Below, one piece after another: positions 20,417 through 30,152 of a stretch of DNA of 64,000 nucleotides; positions within the stretch are counted from its first letter, which is position 1, and every line of letters starts with the position of its first letter. Under the pieces are notes generated by a model, which was given only the letters and a program-made list of their open reading frames with translations, searched no databases and was not told where the DNA came from. Source of the DNA: Marinilabilia sp. (GTDB lineage: Bacteria; Bacteroidota; Bacteroidia; Bacteroidales; Marinilabiliaceae). The DNA lies in NCBI GenBank assembly GCA_046483585.1, contig JAWOCV010000117.1, positions 17,686-81,685 on the forward strand. The letters are read 5' to 3'. The position numbers and the translations under genes were made by a program.

Positions 20417-20507
20417 CCTGCCTGACGATAAATGAAATAGAGGCTTTCTATCTTTTAGTAAGAGCCTTTGAGTCAAAACAGTTCTATTTCATGACACGGC
20501 AGACAGG
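20417..20507. repeat. ~91-bp MITE/REP-like element with CCTGCCTG...CGGCAGACAGG termini
   Basis: Same termini and length as 31663-31754 and 36673-36764. Internal inverted repeat ATGAAATAGA/TCTATTTCAT. Confidence 0.7.
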
Positions 20508-20539
20508 TCTCTGCGTTTAGGCTTTTTTTAAACGACTAT

Positions 20540-20688
20540 TTGATCAGAATAGACCGTTAGATTTTTAGATATTAGATTTAAGACGAATCGTATAATACTG
20601 ATATACTGTAATTTATCACGAAAAACTCAAAAAGTTAAACAACTGAATTACAAGGCATTGAAAAAGTTTAACGGACTATTGTGATCAA
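20540..20688. repeat. 149-bp element with 20-bp terminal inverted repeats, containing heptamer repeats and a 47-bp-family copy
   Basis: TTGATCAGAATAGACCGTTA (20540-20559) vs reverse complement of 20669-20688, TTGATCACAATAGTCCGTTA (18/20). Confidence 0.7.
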
Positions 20689-20932
20689 CTACCCGCGAAA
20701 TATGAACGTCCTTGATAATATTGATTTGAAAATAGTTCACTATTCTCCTCTTCAATTTCATCTGGGGTTGTCCAAATTTTTTGGTGTTTGACCATTTCAT
20801 CACAATAATTCATGAATAAATCGGGTTAAAATCATTAAATTTGACATCTTTGAAAAATATTGTTTCCATTCGTTAGAAGCCGGAAAACAGTGGTGTTACT
20901 AAATCTAATTTTATTAAGTTTATTTCTTAGTT

Positions 20933-22126
20933 ATGCAAATAGCCGAGGTCAAAACCAAGAAACAAAGACAGCAGTTTTTGGATGTCGTTGATACCGTTTA
21001 TAAGAACGATGACAATTATGTCCGTCCCCTGGACATGAGCATTGAAAAGATTTTTGATCCCGCCACCAATGATTTTTTTCAGCATGGTGAAGCTGTGCGG
21101 TTTCTGTTATTTGATGACAATGGGAAACCCATTGGCCGGGTAGCGGCTTTTGTCAATGAGAATAAGGCTTATGGCTTTTCCCAGCCCACCGGGGGTATGG
21201 GATTTTTTGAGTGCATCAACGACAAGGAGGCGGCGTTTAAATTGTTCGATACAGCCAAAGAGTGGCTTGCGGAACGAGGCATGGAAGCCATGGACGGTCC
21301 CATCAATTTTGGTGAGAATGATACTTTCTGGGGATTGTTGGTGGAAGGGTTTACTCAACCGGCTTTTGGTATTCAGTACAATCCACCATATTATAAGGAT
21401 TTTTTCGAGGATTATGGATTTGTCAACTATTTTGAGCAGGTAACCAATCACCTTGATCTGCAAAAACCTTTTCCCGAGAGGTTCTGGAAAATTGCCGGAT
21501 GGGTTGGTCGCAAGCCAGGCTATCATTTTCGCCATTTTACCTGGGAGGAGAGTGAGAAATTCATTCAGGATTTTATAGAGATCTATAACGATGCCTGGCG
21601 TTTCCATGAAAATTTCACACCCATGAAAGCTGACACCCTTCGCAATACACTTGCCGAAGCCAAAGATTTCATGGATGAGGAATTGATTTGGTTTGCTTAT
21701 TATGAAGATACGCCCATCGGATTTATTGTTCAGTTTCCCGACGTGAATCAGATCATCAAACATTTTAACGGAAAGATGAACCTGATCAATAAGTTGCGTT
21801 TCGCTTACCTGAAATGGCGGAAGGTCATGACACGAACACGGGTCGTTATTCTTGGGGTCCGCCCGCGGTGGCAGCGGAATGGAATTGAATCCGGAATATT
21901 CTGGCATTTGCGTAACGCTGTAGCCCGAAAACCCTGGCTTAAAGAGATGGAACTTTCATGGGTGGGGGATTTCAATCCGAAAATGCGGGCCCTCCATGAA
22001 GCTGTGGGTTCTGAATTCGGCAAAAAGCATATTACTTATCGCTATCTTTTTGATGAAGAGAAACGTAAGGAAGGACAACGTGCTGGTTCAATTCCGCTTG
22101 ATAACAGAGAAAGTGTGACTCAGTAA
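20933..22126 (+). CDS. YghO-like GNAT-fold acyltransferase (bacterial ceramide-synthase-like family)
   Basis: GRVAAF, GFFECIND, GPINF, GLLVEGF, YNPPYY, ELSWV motifs. Confidence 0.7.
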   Translation: MQIAEVKTKKQRQQFLDVVDTVYKNDDNYVRPLDMSIEKIFDPATNDFFQHGEAVRFLLFDDNGKPIGRVAAFVNENKAYGFSQPTGGMGFFECINDKEAAFKLFDTAKEWLAERGMEAMDGPINFGENDTFWGLLVEGFTQPAFGIQYNPPYYKDFFEDYGFVNYFEQVTNHLDLQKPFPERFWKIAGWVGRKPGYHFRHFTWEESEKFIQDFIEIYNDAWRFHENFTPMKADTLRNTLAEAKDFMDEELIWFAYYEDTPIGFIVQFPDVNQIIKHFNGKMNLINKLRFAYLKWRKVMTRTRVVILGVRPRWQRNGIESGIFWHLRNAVARKPWLKEMELSWVGDFNPKMRALHEAVGSEFGKKHITYRYLFDEEKRKEGQRAGSIPLDNRESVTQ

Positions 22127-22314
22127 GGCGATGCTTTTGAGTGGAATATCAGGGGCCGGATGGCCCTTCATAGAGGCTCTGGATGAGAGAAAAGAGATTT
22201 TCTTAAAAAAGTTTTGGCGGTTGCTCGGGGAATGATTAATTTTGCCATCCGTTTAAAAAGGATATTGAAGACGTTGTAGTAAGAGAACAGAAAAGACTAA
22301 AACATCAGAATAAT

Positions 22315-22575
22315 ATGAAAAAGGAAATTCATCCGGACAATTATCGCATGGTGGCGTTTAAGGATATGTCCAACGGCGATACATTCATTACCCGTTCCAC
22401 AGTTAATGCCCGTGAGACCATCGATATCGACGGTACTGAATATCCGTTGGTAAAGCTTGAGATATCGAGTTCATCGCACCCGTTTTACACCGGTAAGATG
22501 AAACTTGTTGACACAGCCGGACGGGTTGATAAATTCCGTAATCGCTACAAGAAGCATTACGATAAGAAGAAATAA
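22315..22575 (+). CDS. rpmE2: 50S ribosomal protein L31 type B (Zn-independent)
   Basis: [32 protein letters not shown], no cysteines. TAATTTTG -7 box at 22237-22244. Confidence 0.96.
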   Translation: MKKEIHPDNYRMVAFKDMSNGDTFITRSTVNARETIDIDGTEYPLVKLEISSSSHPFYTGKMKLVDTAGRVDKFRNRYKKHYDKKK

Positions 22576-22601
22576 ACAATTGCTTTGACAATTGAAGAGC
22601 T

Positions 22602-22634
22602 AAAGCTTCGGTGGATACCGGGGCTTTTTTTTTT
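22602..22634 (+). terminator. rpmE2 terminator
   Basis: AAAGCTTCGGT-GGAT-ACCGGGGCTTT followed by a T-tract. Confidence 0.85.
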
Positions 22635-22818
22635 GATTTGAGCAGGTCAGCTGGAAGGGGGAGCCGGCACAATATTGATCGGACCGACTTTCAGACAGGA
22701 CCGGCAAAAAGCATTACCTTTGCAGATTGTAACCCCCCAAATGGTATGTCAAGCTTTTTCTGCTGCTACCTGAAGACAACGATGCCGGTTTATTGAAAGA
22801 TGAAAGTTAGATAATAAT

Positions 22819-25260
22819 ATGAACAATTTTAGACAAGCCTCCGACGGTTTTGGATCAGCTGATTTTATAAGCGGGGAATCGGAGTTCATCCCTGTCACTG
22901 GAGATGATCTGGAGCAGGATACTGATGATAATCCCATCCCGGAGGAGCTTCCTGTATTGCCTTTGCGTAACACCATTTTATTTCCGGGCGTAATCATTCC
23001 CATTGCTATTGGTCGTGAAAAATCGCACCAGCTCATCAAAGATGTTGATAAAGCAAAAGGATATTTCGGGGCTCTGACCCAAAAAGATTACAAAGTTGAT
23101 GATCCCGTTACTGAAGATCTTTACAAAACCGGGACAGTTGCCCGTATTATAAAGATCCTTCAGATGCCCGATAACTCTGTTTCTGTGATCATTCAGGGGA
23201 AGAAAAGGTTTCATCTGGATGAGATGATTGGGGATGACCCCTATTTGACCGGACGTGTTACGGTTTTGGAAGATAAAGAGCCCGGGGGGGATAAAACGCG
23301 GGAGTTTGAAGCAGTGGTGTCTTCTCTTAAAGATCTATCGCTTAAGCTGATTAAGCAATCACCCAATGTGCCACAAGAAGCCTCTTTTGCCATTCGCAAT
23401 ATTGAAAGTCCGGCTTTTCTTATCAATTATGTCTCTTCCAATTCGGATATTCCGGTTAAGGAGAAACAACGTCTCCTTGAGACCAATGATCTGAAGGGTC
23501 GGGGGATGCGGTTAGTGGAATTTCTTGTCAGAGAAGTGCAGCTTTCCGAGATTAAGAATGATATCCAGTCCAAAGTCAAACAGGATATGGACCAGCAGCA
23601 ACGCGAGTATTTGCTGCAACAGCAAATGAAGACCATTCAGGACGAGCTGGGTTCCAGTCCTGTTGAAAAGGAGATCAGGGAGCTGGAAAACCAGGCTGTC
23701 AATAAAAAATGGTCTGAAGAAGTCAACGGACTCTTTAAGAAAGAACTGGAGAAACTGCACCGACTTAATCCGGCTTCAGGCGAATATTCCATTCAGTATA
23801 ATTACCTGCAGACTTTGCTTGAACTCCCCTGGAATGAGTATACCAAAGACAACTTTGACCTGAGGAGGGCCCGCCGCATTCTTGATCGCGACCATTACGG
23901 ACTGGAGAATGTCAAGGAAAGGATCCTGGAGCATCTGGCTGTGTTAAAACTAAGAGGGAACCTGAAGTCCCCCATTCTTTGCCTTTATGGTCCGCCAGGG
24001 GTGGGGAAAACATCCCTGGGGAAATCGGTTGCAGAAGCTCTGGGTCGTCAATATATCAGGATGTCACTGGGCGGTCTTCATGATGAGGCTGAAATACGTG
24101 GACACCGAAAGACTTATGTCGGTGCCATGCCGGGACGAATCATTCAGAACATCAAGAAAGCAGGCTCAGCCAATCCTGTATTTATCCTCGATGAGGTTGA
24201 CAAGGTCAGCAACAGCTTCCACGGTGATCCGGCTTCTGCTTTGCTGGAAGTTCTTGATCCTGAACAGAACAGTGCCTTTCATGATAATTTCCTTGAAGTG
24301 GATTTTGATCTTTCGCAGGTGATCTTCATTGCTACCGCCAATACGCTCAATTCCATTTCATCACCATTGCTTGACCGTATGGAGTTGATCGATGTTAATG
24401 GGTACATTCTTGAAGAGAAAGTGGAAATCGCCCGTCGCCATCTGATTCCCCAGCTACTCGACAATCATGGCATCCCCGTAGGGACGGTTACTTTGCCCCG
24501 TCGTACGATTGGTTATGTTATTGATCATTATACGAGAGAATCCGGCGTACGGGATCTGAACAAATCTTTAGCCCGGCTTTACCGGAAAATTGCCCTAAGG
24601 CTTGCTACCGATGAGAAGGTAAAAAAAACCGTGACCATAGCTGATGCCCGTGAATATCTTGGTGCCGAAAGATTTTCGAAAGACACATGGCAGGACAACC
24701 GGTTTGCGGGGGTGGTTACGGGGTTGGCCTGGACCGCTGCCGGAGGCGAAATCTTATTTGTTGAAAGTAGTTTGAGTAAAGGAAATGGCCGCCTGACCCT
24801 GACCGGGAACCTTGGTGAAGTAATGAAAGAGTCGGCCATGCTGGCCCTTGAATACCTGAAATCTCATGCCGGTTTCCTCGAGCTCCGGGAAGAGATCTTC
24901 GATGAAAGGAATGTGCATGTGCATGTTCCGGAGGGAGCCATCCCTAAAGACGGGCCATCGGCGGGTATCACCATGGTTACATCGCTGGCATCTTCCTTTA
25001 CAGGGCGGAAAGTCAAGTCGCGAATTGCCATGACCGGAGAGATCACTCTTCGGGGGAAGGTATTGCCGGTAGGAGGGATTAAAGAGAAAATTCTGGCTGC
25101 AAGGCGGGCGGGAATCAATGAGATCGTTCTGTCCAAAGAGAACAAAAAAGACATTAATGAGATCAAACCCATCTATCTGGAAGGACTCACGATCCATTAC
25201 GTAGAGGAGATACTTGAAGTACTCAAACTTGCATTGACCAGGGACAAGGCCGAAAAGTAG
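22819..25260 (+). CDS. lon: Lon protease
   Basis: [16 protein letters not shown] (Walker A), [15 protein letters not shown] (catalytic Ser), GGIKEK. TACCTTTG -7 box at 22715-22722. Confidence 0.98.
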   Translation: MNNFRQASDGFGSADFISGESEFIPVTGDDLEQDTDDNPIPEELPVLPLRNTILFPGVIIPIAIGREKSHQLIKDVDKAKGYFGALTQKDYKVDDPVTEDLYKTGTVARIIKILQMPDNSVSVIIQGKKRFHLDEMIGDDPYLTGRVTVLEDKEPGGDKTREFEAVVSSLKDLSLKLIKQSPNVPQEASFAIRNIESPAFLINYVSSNSDIPVKEKQRLLETNDLKGRGMRLVEFLVREVQLSEIKNDIQSKVKQDMDQQQREYLLQQQMKTIQDELGSSPVEKEIRELENQAVNKKWSEEVNGLFKKELEKLHRLNPASGEYSIQYNYLQTLLELPWNEYTKDNFDLRRARRILDRDHYGLENVKERILEHLAVLKLRGNLKSPILCLYGPPGVGKTSLGKSVAEALGRQYIRMSLGGLHDEAEIRGHRKTYVGAMPGRIIQNIKKAGSANPVFILDEVDKVSNSFHGDPASALLEVLDPEQNSAFHDNFLEVDFDLSQVIFIATANTLNSISSPLLDRMELIDVNGYILEEKVEIARRHLIPQLLDNHGIPVGTVTLPRRTIGYVIDHYTRESGVRDLNKSLARLYRKIALRLATDEKVKKTVTIADAREYLGAERFSKDTWQDNRFAGVVTGLAWTAAGGEILFVESSLSKGNGRLTLTGNLGEVMKESAMLALEYLKSHAGFLELREEIFDERNVHVHVPEGAIPKDGPSAGITMVTSLASSFTGRKVKSRIAMTGEITLRGKVLPVGGIKEKILAARRAGINEIVLSKENKKDINEIKPIYLEGLTIHYVEEILEVLKLALTRDKAEK

Positions 25261-25269
25261 GGCGTTGGT

Positions 25270-26058
25270 TCAGGAACTTTGCTGTCCTACACTTATGAAC
25301 CGTTCTTCGAAAGCATCCAAAATGGCTTGCATTTCGGGCGTAATACGTTCCAGAGCACGGCGGGTGATCGATTTTGGGATATGCTGGAAGTAAGCTTCAG
25401 CAAGCCCCCCGGCTATGGATGCGATGGTATTGCTTGGACCACCAATGGTTATGGCCAGCCTTATGGCTTCTTCATAATCGGACGCTTCTATAAATGCTGC
25501 AAATGCCGGTTGAACAGGAGAGTCTTCACTGGCGGGAGAAAGCTTTCGATCGATCCAGTCGTCCACCGTCAGGGATAAGTCATAATCAAAAGCCTGGCCG
25601 ATAAATGTTTTGATCTCTTTTTTTGTTCCGGCCGATTTACAGATAAATATGGCTGAGGCAACTGCTTTCGCAGCCGTTATTCGTTCAGAAATGTTGTGGG
25701 TGATGCGGGTGCTTTTTTCTGCTTCCTGAAGGGCCTCTTCAACACTTTGGGCGGCAAATCCTACGGGACTTATCCTGCGGGCTGCCCCGTCCCCCTTGCT
25801 TAGGTAAGGTTTTGAATCATCTGAAAGGGCCCATTCCAGAAATTGCGGACGATAACCGGCTTTAGGAAAGGCTCTTACCCATTCCTTTAGCGTTTGCTCA
25901 TAATTTTCATTGCGGAGTATTGAGTCAGCTGTGGCTAATGTTAAAACTGTGTCATCGGTATAAGCCGAGGAGGGCCGGAAAAGCTGAAAATCTAAATCGG
26001 GTGTGTTTCCTGAATTAAATGCTGAACCAATAATGTCGCCGATTATTGCACCTTTCAT
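25270..26058 (-). CDS. ADP-ribosylglycohydrolase-family protein with degenerate metal site
   Basis: GAIIGDIIGS and YTDDT are present, but the family GGDSDT reads GGPSNT. Confidence 0.8.
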   Translation of the reverse strand: MKGAIIGDIIGSAFNSGNTPDLDFQLFRPSSAYTDDTVLTLATADSILRNENYEQTLKEWVRAFPKAGYRPQFLEWALSDDSKPYLSKGDGAARRISPVGFAAQSVEEALQEAEKSTRITHNISERITAAKAVASAIFICKSAGTKKEIKTFIGQAFDYDLSLTVDDWIDRKLSPASEDSPVQPAFAAFIEASDYEEAIRLAITIGGPSNTIASIAGGLAEAYFQHIPKSITRRALERITPEMQAILDAFEERFISVGQQSS

Positions 26059-26504
26059 ATTTTTGTGAGGATTTAATTTAATTAATTTAGATGTCTGATC
26101 ATAAACCCGTTACTGAAGAATTATTTGTTGTTGATCTTTTTCAGAAAATTTTGATCCTCATTAAAAAATAGATCGGTTGAAAATATATTTTCAGGATAGA
26201 CCATAGACAAAATATATTCTCCCAAAACAGGCCCAATTTAGGGGGCTAAATATGATAAGTTTTCCTCAAAAAACAAACTTTTCTGATAATTATTGTAACA
26301 GGTCTGGTAATACAGGTGAGCCGATGTTTATGTTCCTCAATTAATTTGCTTCAAGCAATCCTGCATGAAACAAAATGCCGTGTGATTAACCGTTATTTTG
26401 TATATTTGAACTTATGTGAGGGAATCCGGAAACTACTTGCTTTTTTGGCTTGGTTTCTTCCGGGTGCGATTATGCCAAACTGCCGGATCTAAACATAGTA
26501 ATAT

Positions 26505-27614
26505 ATGAGCATGAGGTCATTTTTGAAAAATCTTTTTCTGACGCTGGCTATCTTCGTCGGGATCTTTCTATTGTGGTATTTTCGTTCTATTGTTATGTTC
26601 GTAGCTGTAGCAGCGATCATATCCCTGATTACCCGTCCCCTTTTTGAACTTTATCACAGCCTTCACATTCGCCGTCTTCGGATCGGCAGAAGCCTGGCCG
26701 CCCTGCTTACGGTTCTGACGTTGTGGGTCTTTATTGTGATGTTTTTTCGTTTTACGGTTCCCCTTATTGCCACTGAAATACAGTTCTTTTCTTCTATTGA
26801 TATCCCTGTCGCGCTTGATAAAGTCGGACGGTTACTTTCGGAACTCCTTGCTCCGATCAGAGGCTCCGAGTTCGGACAGACGATCATGGAAAGCATTGAA
26901 GAAGAGTTTGAAGTGGCATTGCTGACCCTTCTTGACTTTGAACAGGTCCGGGACTTTTTTGCTTCTGTGGTTGAGTTTTTCGGAGGCATTTTTATAGCCG
27001 CGTTTTCCATTACATTCATAACTTTTTTCTTCCTCAAAGAAGAGGGACTTCTCATTGGCGGGATTCTTGTTTTTGTCCCTGCTCGTCATGAAGACTCCAT
27101 AAGGCATGCTTTAATTTCAATCCGGTATCTTTTGCGCCGGTATCTTGTGGGCATCCTGATCCAGACCACCCTGATGGGGACGATTGTCACTTCAGGGTTT
27201 TCCATCCTTGGAATTGGGTTCAGCCATGCTGCAGTGATCGGTCTTTTTAGTGGTCTTATGAATATTATTCCTTATCTGGGCCCCCTGATTGGGGCGACAT
27301 TTGGTATTAGTGTGGGCACCCTTGTGTACCTGCAGTTATCCATGGAAATGACATTCCTTTCTTTTCTGGGGGGTATGATCCTGGTTTATGTGACGGCACA
27401 ACTGGTGGATAATATGTTATTCCAGCCACTGATCTTTTCAAACAGTGTAAAGGCTCATCCTCTTGAGATATTTATCGTGATTCTTAGCGCCGGTTATCTT
27501 TCCGGGATTGTCGGTATGTTTTTGGCCATTCCTGTATATACCATTCTCAGGGTTATCGCCCGGGAGTTTTTTAATAAATACGAAGTGGTTATGCGGCTGA
27601 CGGATCGAATGTGA
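26505..27614 (+). CDS. AI-2E family transporter
   Basis: Multi-TM protein with NIIPYLGP, QLVDN..FQPLIF and HPLEIF..GIVGMFLAIP motifs. Confidence 0.9.
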   Translation: MSMRSFLKNLFLTLAIFVGIFLLWYFRSIVMFVAVAAIISLITRPLFELYHSLHIRRLRIGRSLAALLTVLTLWVFIVMFFRFTVPLIATEIQFFSSIDIPVALDKVGRLLSELLAPIRGSEFGQTIMESIEEEFEVALLTLLDFEQVRDFFASVVEFFGGIFIAAFSITFITFFFLKEEGLLIGGILVFVPARHEDSIRHALISIRYLLRRYLVGILIQTTLMGTIVTSGFSILGIGFSHAAVIGLFSGLMNIIPYLGPLIGATFGISVGTLVYLQLSMEMTFLSFLGGMILVYVTAQLVDNMLFQPLIFSNSVKAHPLEIFIVILSAGYLSGIVGMFLAIPVYTILRVIAREFFNKYEVVMRLTDRM

Positions 27615-27623
27615 GGAAGCTTT

Positions 27624-28283
27624 TCAGTTACCCGAAAGGCGTCCCGGGATGCTGTCAGCTCTCATATTCAGTGCATCGCTGACTTTTATACGATGTCCGT
27701 CCTGGGTTGCGATAATGTGTGCCTCTTCAAAACCAATTTTTCTGATCACTTTATTGAATTCCGATGCCTCATTGTAGGTAGGGAAAATTCCAAGTGTAAA
27801 CTGGTTTATGCCGGCCGCACTATTCTGATGAAGGGATACCATATTATTGCGGAATTTTTCCAGATCAACTCCCAGGTAGGCGCCGATCTGAACGCTAAAG
27901 AATATGCCGTCGTCGGGAATAAAGAACGCAACGGTATCTGAAGCGGGCGTGATGATCTCTGCCTTTTCAGGTGGCGTTGAATCTTCCTTGGTTACTGGTG
28001 TGGTTTTTTCCCGGGAAGTTTCGGTAATGGTTTCCAGGCTTGTGGAATCTTTTTCCTGGGCAGAATATATTCCATCCGGATAATTTCCGTCCATCGAAAA
28101 AACCCACAATCCCGCCAGGGATGTAATAGCAGCCAGAATGACCCATAAAAGTGTCCTGCGGAGATTTCTGAGTGACCGGCTTTGTTGTTCGGTGGATTCC
28201 CGCAGTCTTTCCACCTCTTTTTCCAGAGCTTCCCGTCTTGTCTCTTCTTTCCATTGATTAAATTCTGTTTCGTGGTCTGTCAT
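27624..28283 (-). CDS. Single-pass membrane protein with C-terminal SPOR-like domain
   Basis: Coiled coil, TM, linker, then FSVQIGAY..FTLGIF..A..F...IRKIGF..AHII. Confidence 0.55.
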   Translation of the reverse strand: MTDHETEFNQWKEETRREALEKEVERLRESTEQQSRSLRNLRRTLLWVILAAITSLAGLWVFSMDGNYPDGIYSAQEKDSTSLETITETSREKTTPVTKEDSTPPEKAEIITPASDTVAFFIPDDGIFFSVQIGAYLGVDLEKFRNNMVSLHQNSAAGINQFTLGIFPTYNEASEFNKVIRKIGFEEAHIIATQDGHRIKVSDALNMRADSIPGRLSGN

Positions 28284-28305
28284 AAATGGTGATTTTCAGT
28301 TAAGG

Positions 28306-28923
28306 TCAAACTAATCCGGCTTTTTTTACGATCTCTTTTATGGACGGGTATGTCTTATTTGCAAACAAAGCGGCTTCGGAGATGTGAAGCCAGGTAACGC
28401 TGGAAATATCTTCTTCTTTCTGTGGGGTCGGACTTCCCGTGTCCTCCGAAACCATTTCGAACCACCGGGTCTCTTTAAAAACAGGTTGATCATCCAAATA
28501 ATAGATATGGAAAGAGGAGCCAATGGGAGCGATGATGTCAGGAAGGGCTATCCCGCACTCCTCAGATACTTCGCGGCGGGCCGCTTCTTCGAAATTCTCG
28601 TTTGGTTCCACTTTTCCTTTGGGCAGATCAGGTCGTCCGAGTCTGTGGAGCACCAGAAAATGGTCGCGGTTTTTGTTCCATACCAGTCCGCCTGCGGCTG
28701 GCATGTTCTTAAAAAAACCCCTGAATCTTTTCAGGAGTTCGTATTTATTGTGATGATAAATATATGCTTCTTTCTGATTTTCATTGGATTCAAAATCGAG
28801 AAGGAATTTGCGTAATTCACCTTCACTTCCCAGTTTATGAATGCCTCCGAAATCAGGGGAAAGATCTGTATCTATGCGGTCTGTAAGAATGATTGCTCTG
28901 TCTTTGAAAAATATCTTGTACAT
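28306..28923 (-). CDS. NUDIX hydrolase
   Basis: Nudix box GKVEPNENFEEAARREVSEECGI. Start re-assigned to ATG 28923 (MYKIFF). Confidence 0.88.
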   Translation of the reverse strand: MYKIFFKDRAIILTDRIDTDLSPDFGGIHKLGSEGELRKFLLDFESNENQKEAYIYHHNKYELLKRFRGFFKNMPAAGGLVWNKNRDHFLVLHRLGRPDLPKGKVEPNENFEEAARREVSEECGIALPDIIAPIGSSFHIYYLDDQPVFKETRWFEMVSEDTGSPTPQKEEDISSVTWLHISEAALFANKTYPSIKEIVKKAGLV

Positions 28924-28930
28924 TTGCAAT

Positions 28931-29566
28931 ATGAAAAATTTAGAGGACATTATATCAACACAACTATTGCAAATAAAAGCAATAAAACTACAACCTGCAA
29001 ACCCTTTTACATGGGCTTCGGGTTGGATATCACCCATATATTGTGACAATCGAAAAACATTGTCATGGCCTGATGTGCGGAATTTTATTAAGATTCAGTT
29101 TGCACGCCGGATCATGGAGCGCTGGCCTCAGGTCGATGTGGTTGCAGGCGTGGCTACCGGCGGCATTGCTCAGGGGGCTATGGTGGCTGATGAATTGGGG
29201 AAGCCTTTTGTTTATGTTCGTTCGAGTGCCAAAGGCCACGGCCTCGAAAACCTCATTGAGGGAGATTTGAAAGCCGGTCAGAAGGTCGTGGTCATCGAAG
29301 ATCTGATCTCTACTGGTGGCAGCAGCCTTAAAGCTGTAAAAGCCCTTCGTGACGGTGGTGCAGAAGTACTCGGCATGCTGGCCATTTTTTCATATGGATT
29401 CGAAGTGGCTGCTGATCATTTTTCCGAAGCAGGGGTTGAGTACGAAACCCTCAGCAATTATCAGGCTCTTCTTAAGGTTGCGGCCGAAACCGGATATGTT
29501 TCCCCCGGCGACCTTGATGCCTTATCGCAATGGCGGGAAGATCCTGCCAACTGGAGTCCGCGTTAA
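28931..29566 (+). CDS. pyrE: Orotate phosphoribosyltransferase
   Basis: FTWASGWISPIYCDNR and VVVIEDLISTGGS PRPP motif. Start at ATG 28931. Confidence 0.97.
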   Translation: MKNLEDIISTQLLQIKAIKLQPANPFTWASGWISPIYCDNRKTLSWPDVRNFIKIQFARRIMERWPQVDVVAGVATGGIAQGAMVADELGKPFVYVRSSAKGHGLENLIEGDLKAGQKVVVIEDLISTGGSSLKAVKALRDGGAEVLGMLAIFSYGFEVAADHFSEAGVEYETLSNYQALLKVAAETGYVSPGDLDALSQWREDPANWSPR

Positions 29567-29747
29567 GCAATCCCCTTTACGTCCCGTCCCGGACTCCCCT
29601 GGTTTCCCTGGAAGTTTGGTCAGGCATCAGAAAAAGGGAATGGATGAAAATCAATATTTTTTTAGCCCGTTCTGAACTTTCGGGATCAGTGATGCGTTCC
29701 CCGTAACATTGTAATCCCTGATGCTCAATTTAAAGAAAAATTATTAT

Positions 29748-30152
29748 ATGACATATTTTGAAAGTGATGTAAAAAGCATCCCCTATCCGGCCGGAAAAGT
29801 TTACGGCTTCTTGTCAGATTTTGACAATTTCGGTTCATTGATAGATTCAGACAAGATCAGTAACTGGCAGAGTTTTGGCGATAGTTGCAGTTTTGAGGTG
29901 GAAGGTCTTGGCGGGGTGGATCTCACGATCACAGATCAGAAGCCGGATAAGCACATTAAGTATGCGGCCGGGGGAAATGTTCCGTTTAATTTTTATCTGT
30001 GGGTTGAGCTCACCGAGGTTGAAGAGGATCAATGCCACCTTAAACTTACGCTCGAAGCTGATCTGAATCCAATGATGAAGATGATGGCTGAAGAACCACT
30101 CAAAAAGTTTTTGGGGATGCTTGCCGATAGCATTGCAGGCCACGCTTATTAG
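29748..30152 (+). CDS. SRPBCC/START-like domain protein
   Basis: FES...YGFLSDFDNF...W....DSCSF pattern typical of the Bacteroidota SRPBCC protein beside pyrE. Start uncertain (29721 or 29748). Confidence 0.65.
   Translation: MTYFESDVKSIPYPAGKVYGFLSDFDNFGSLIDSDKISNWQSFGDSCSFEVEGLGGVDLTITDQKPDKHIKYAAGGNVPFNFYLWVELTEVEEDQCHLKLTLEADLNPMMKMMAEEPLKKFLGMLADSIAGHAY

Noticed and set aside
26180-26330. TPP-riboswitch-like fragment (CTGGTAATACAG) upstream of the AI-2E transporter
   Set aside because: It lacks the CTGAGA and flanking P2/P4 elements required for TPP riboswitches.
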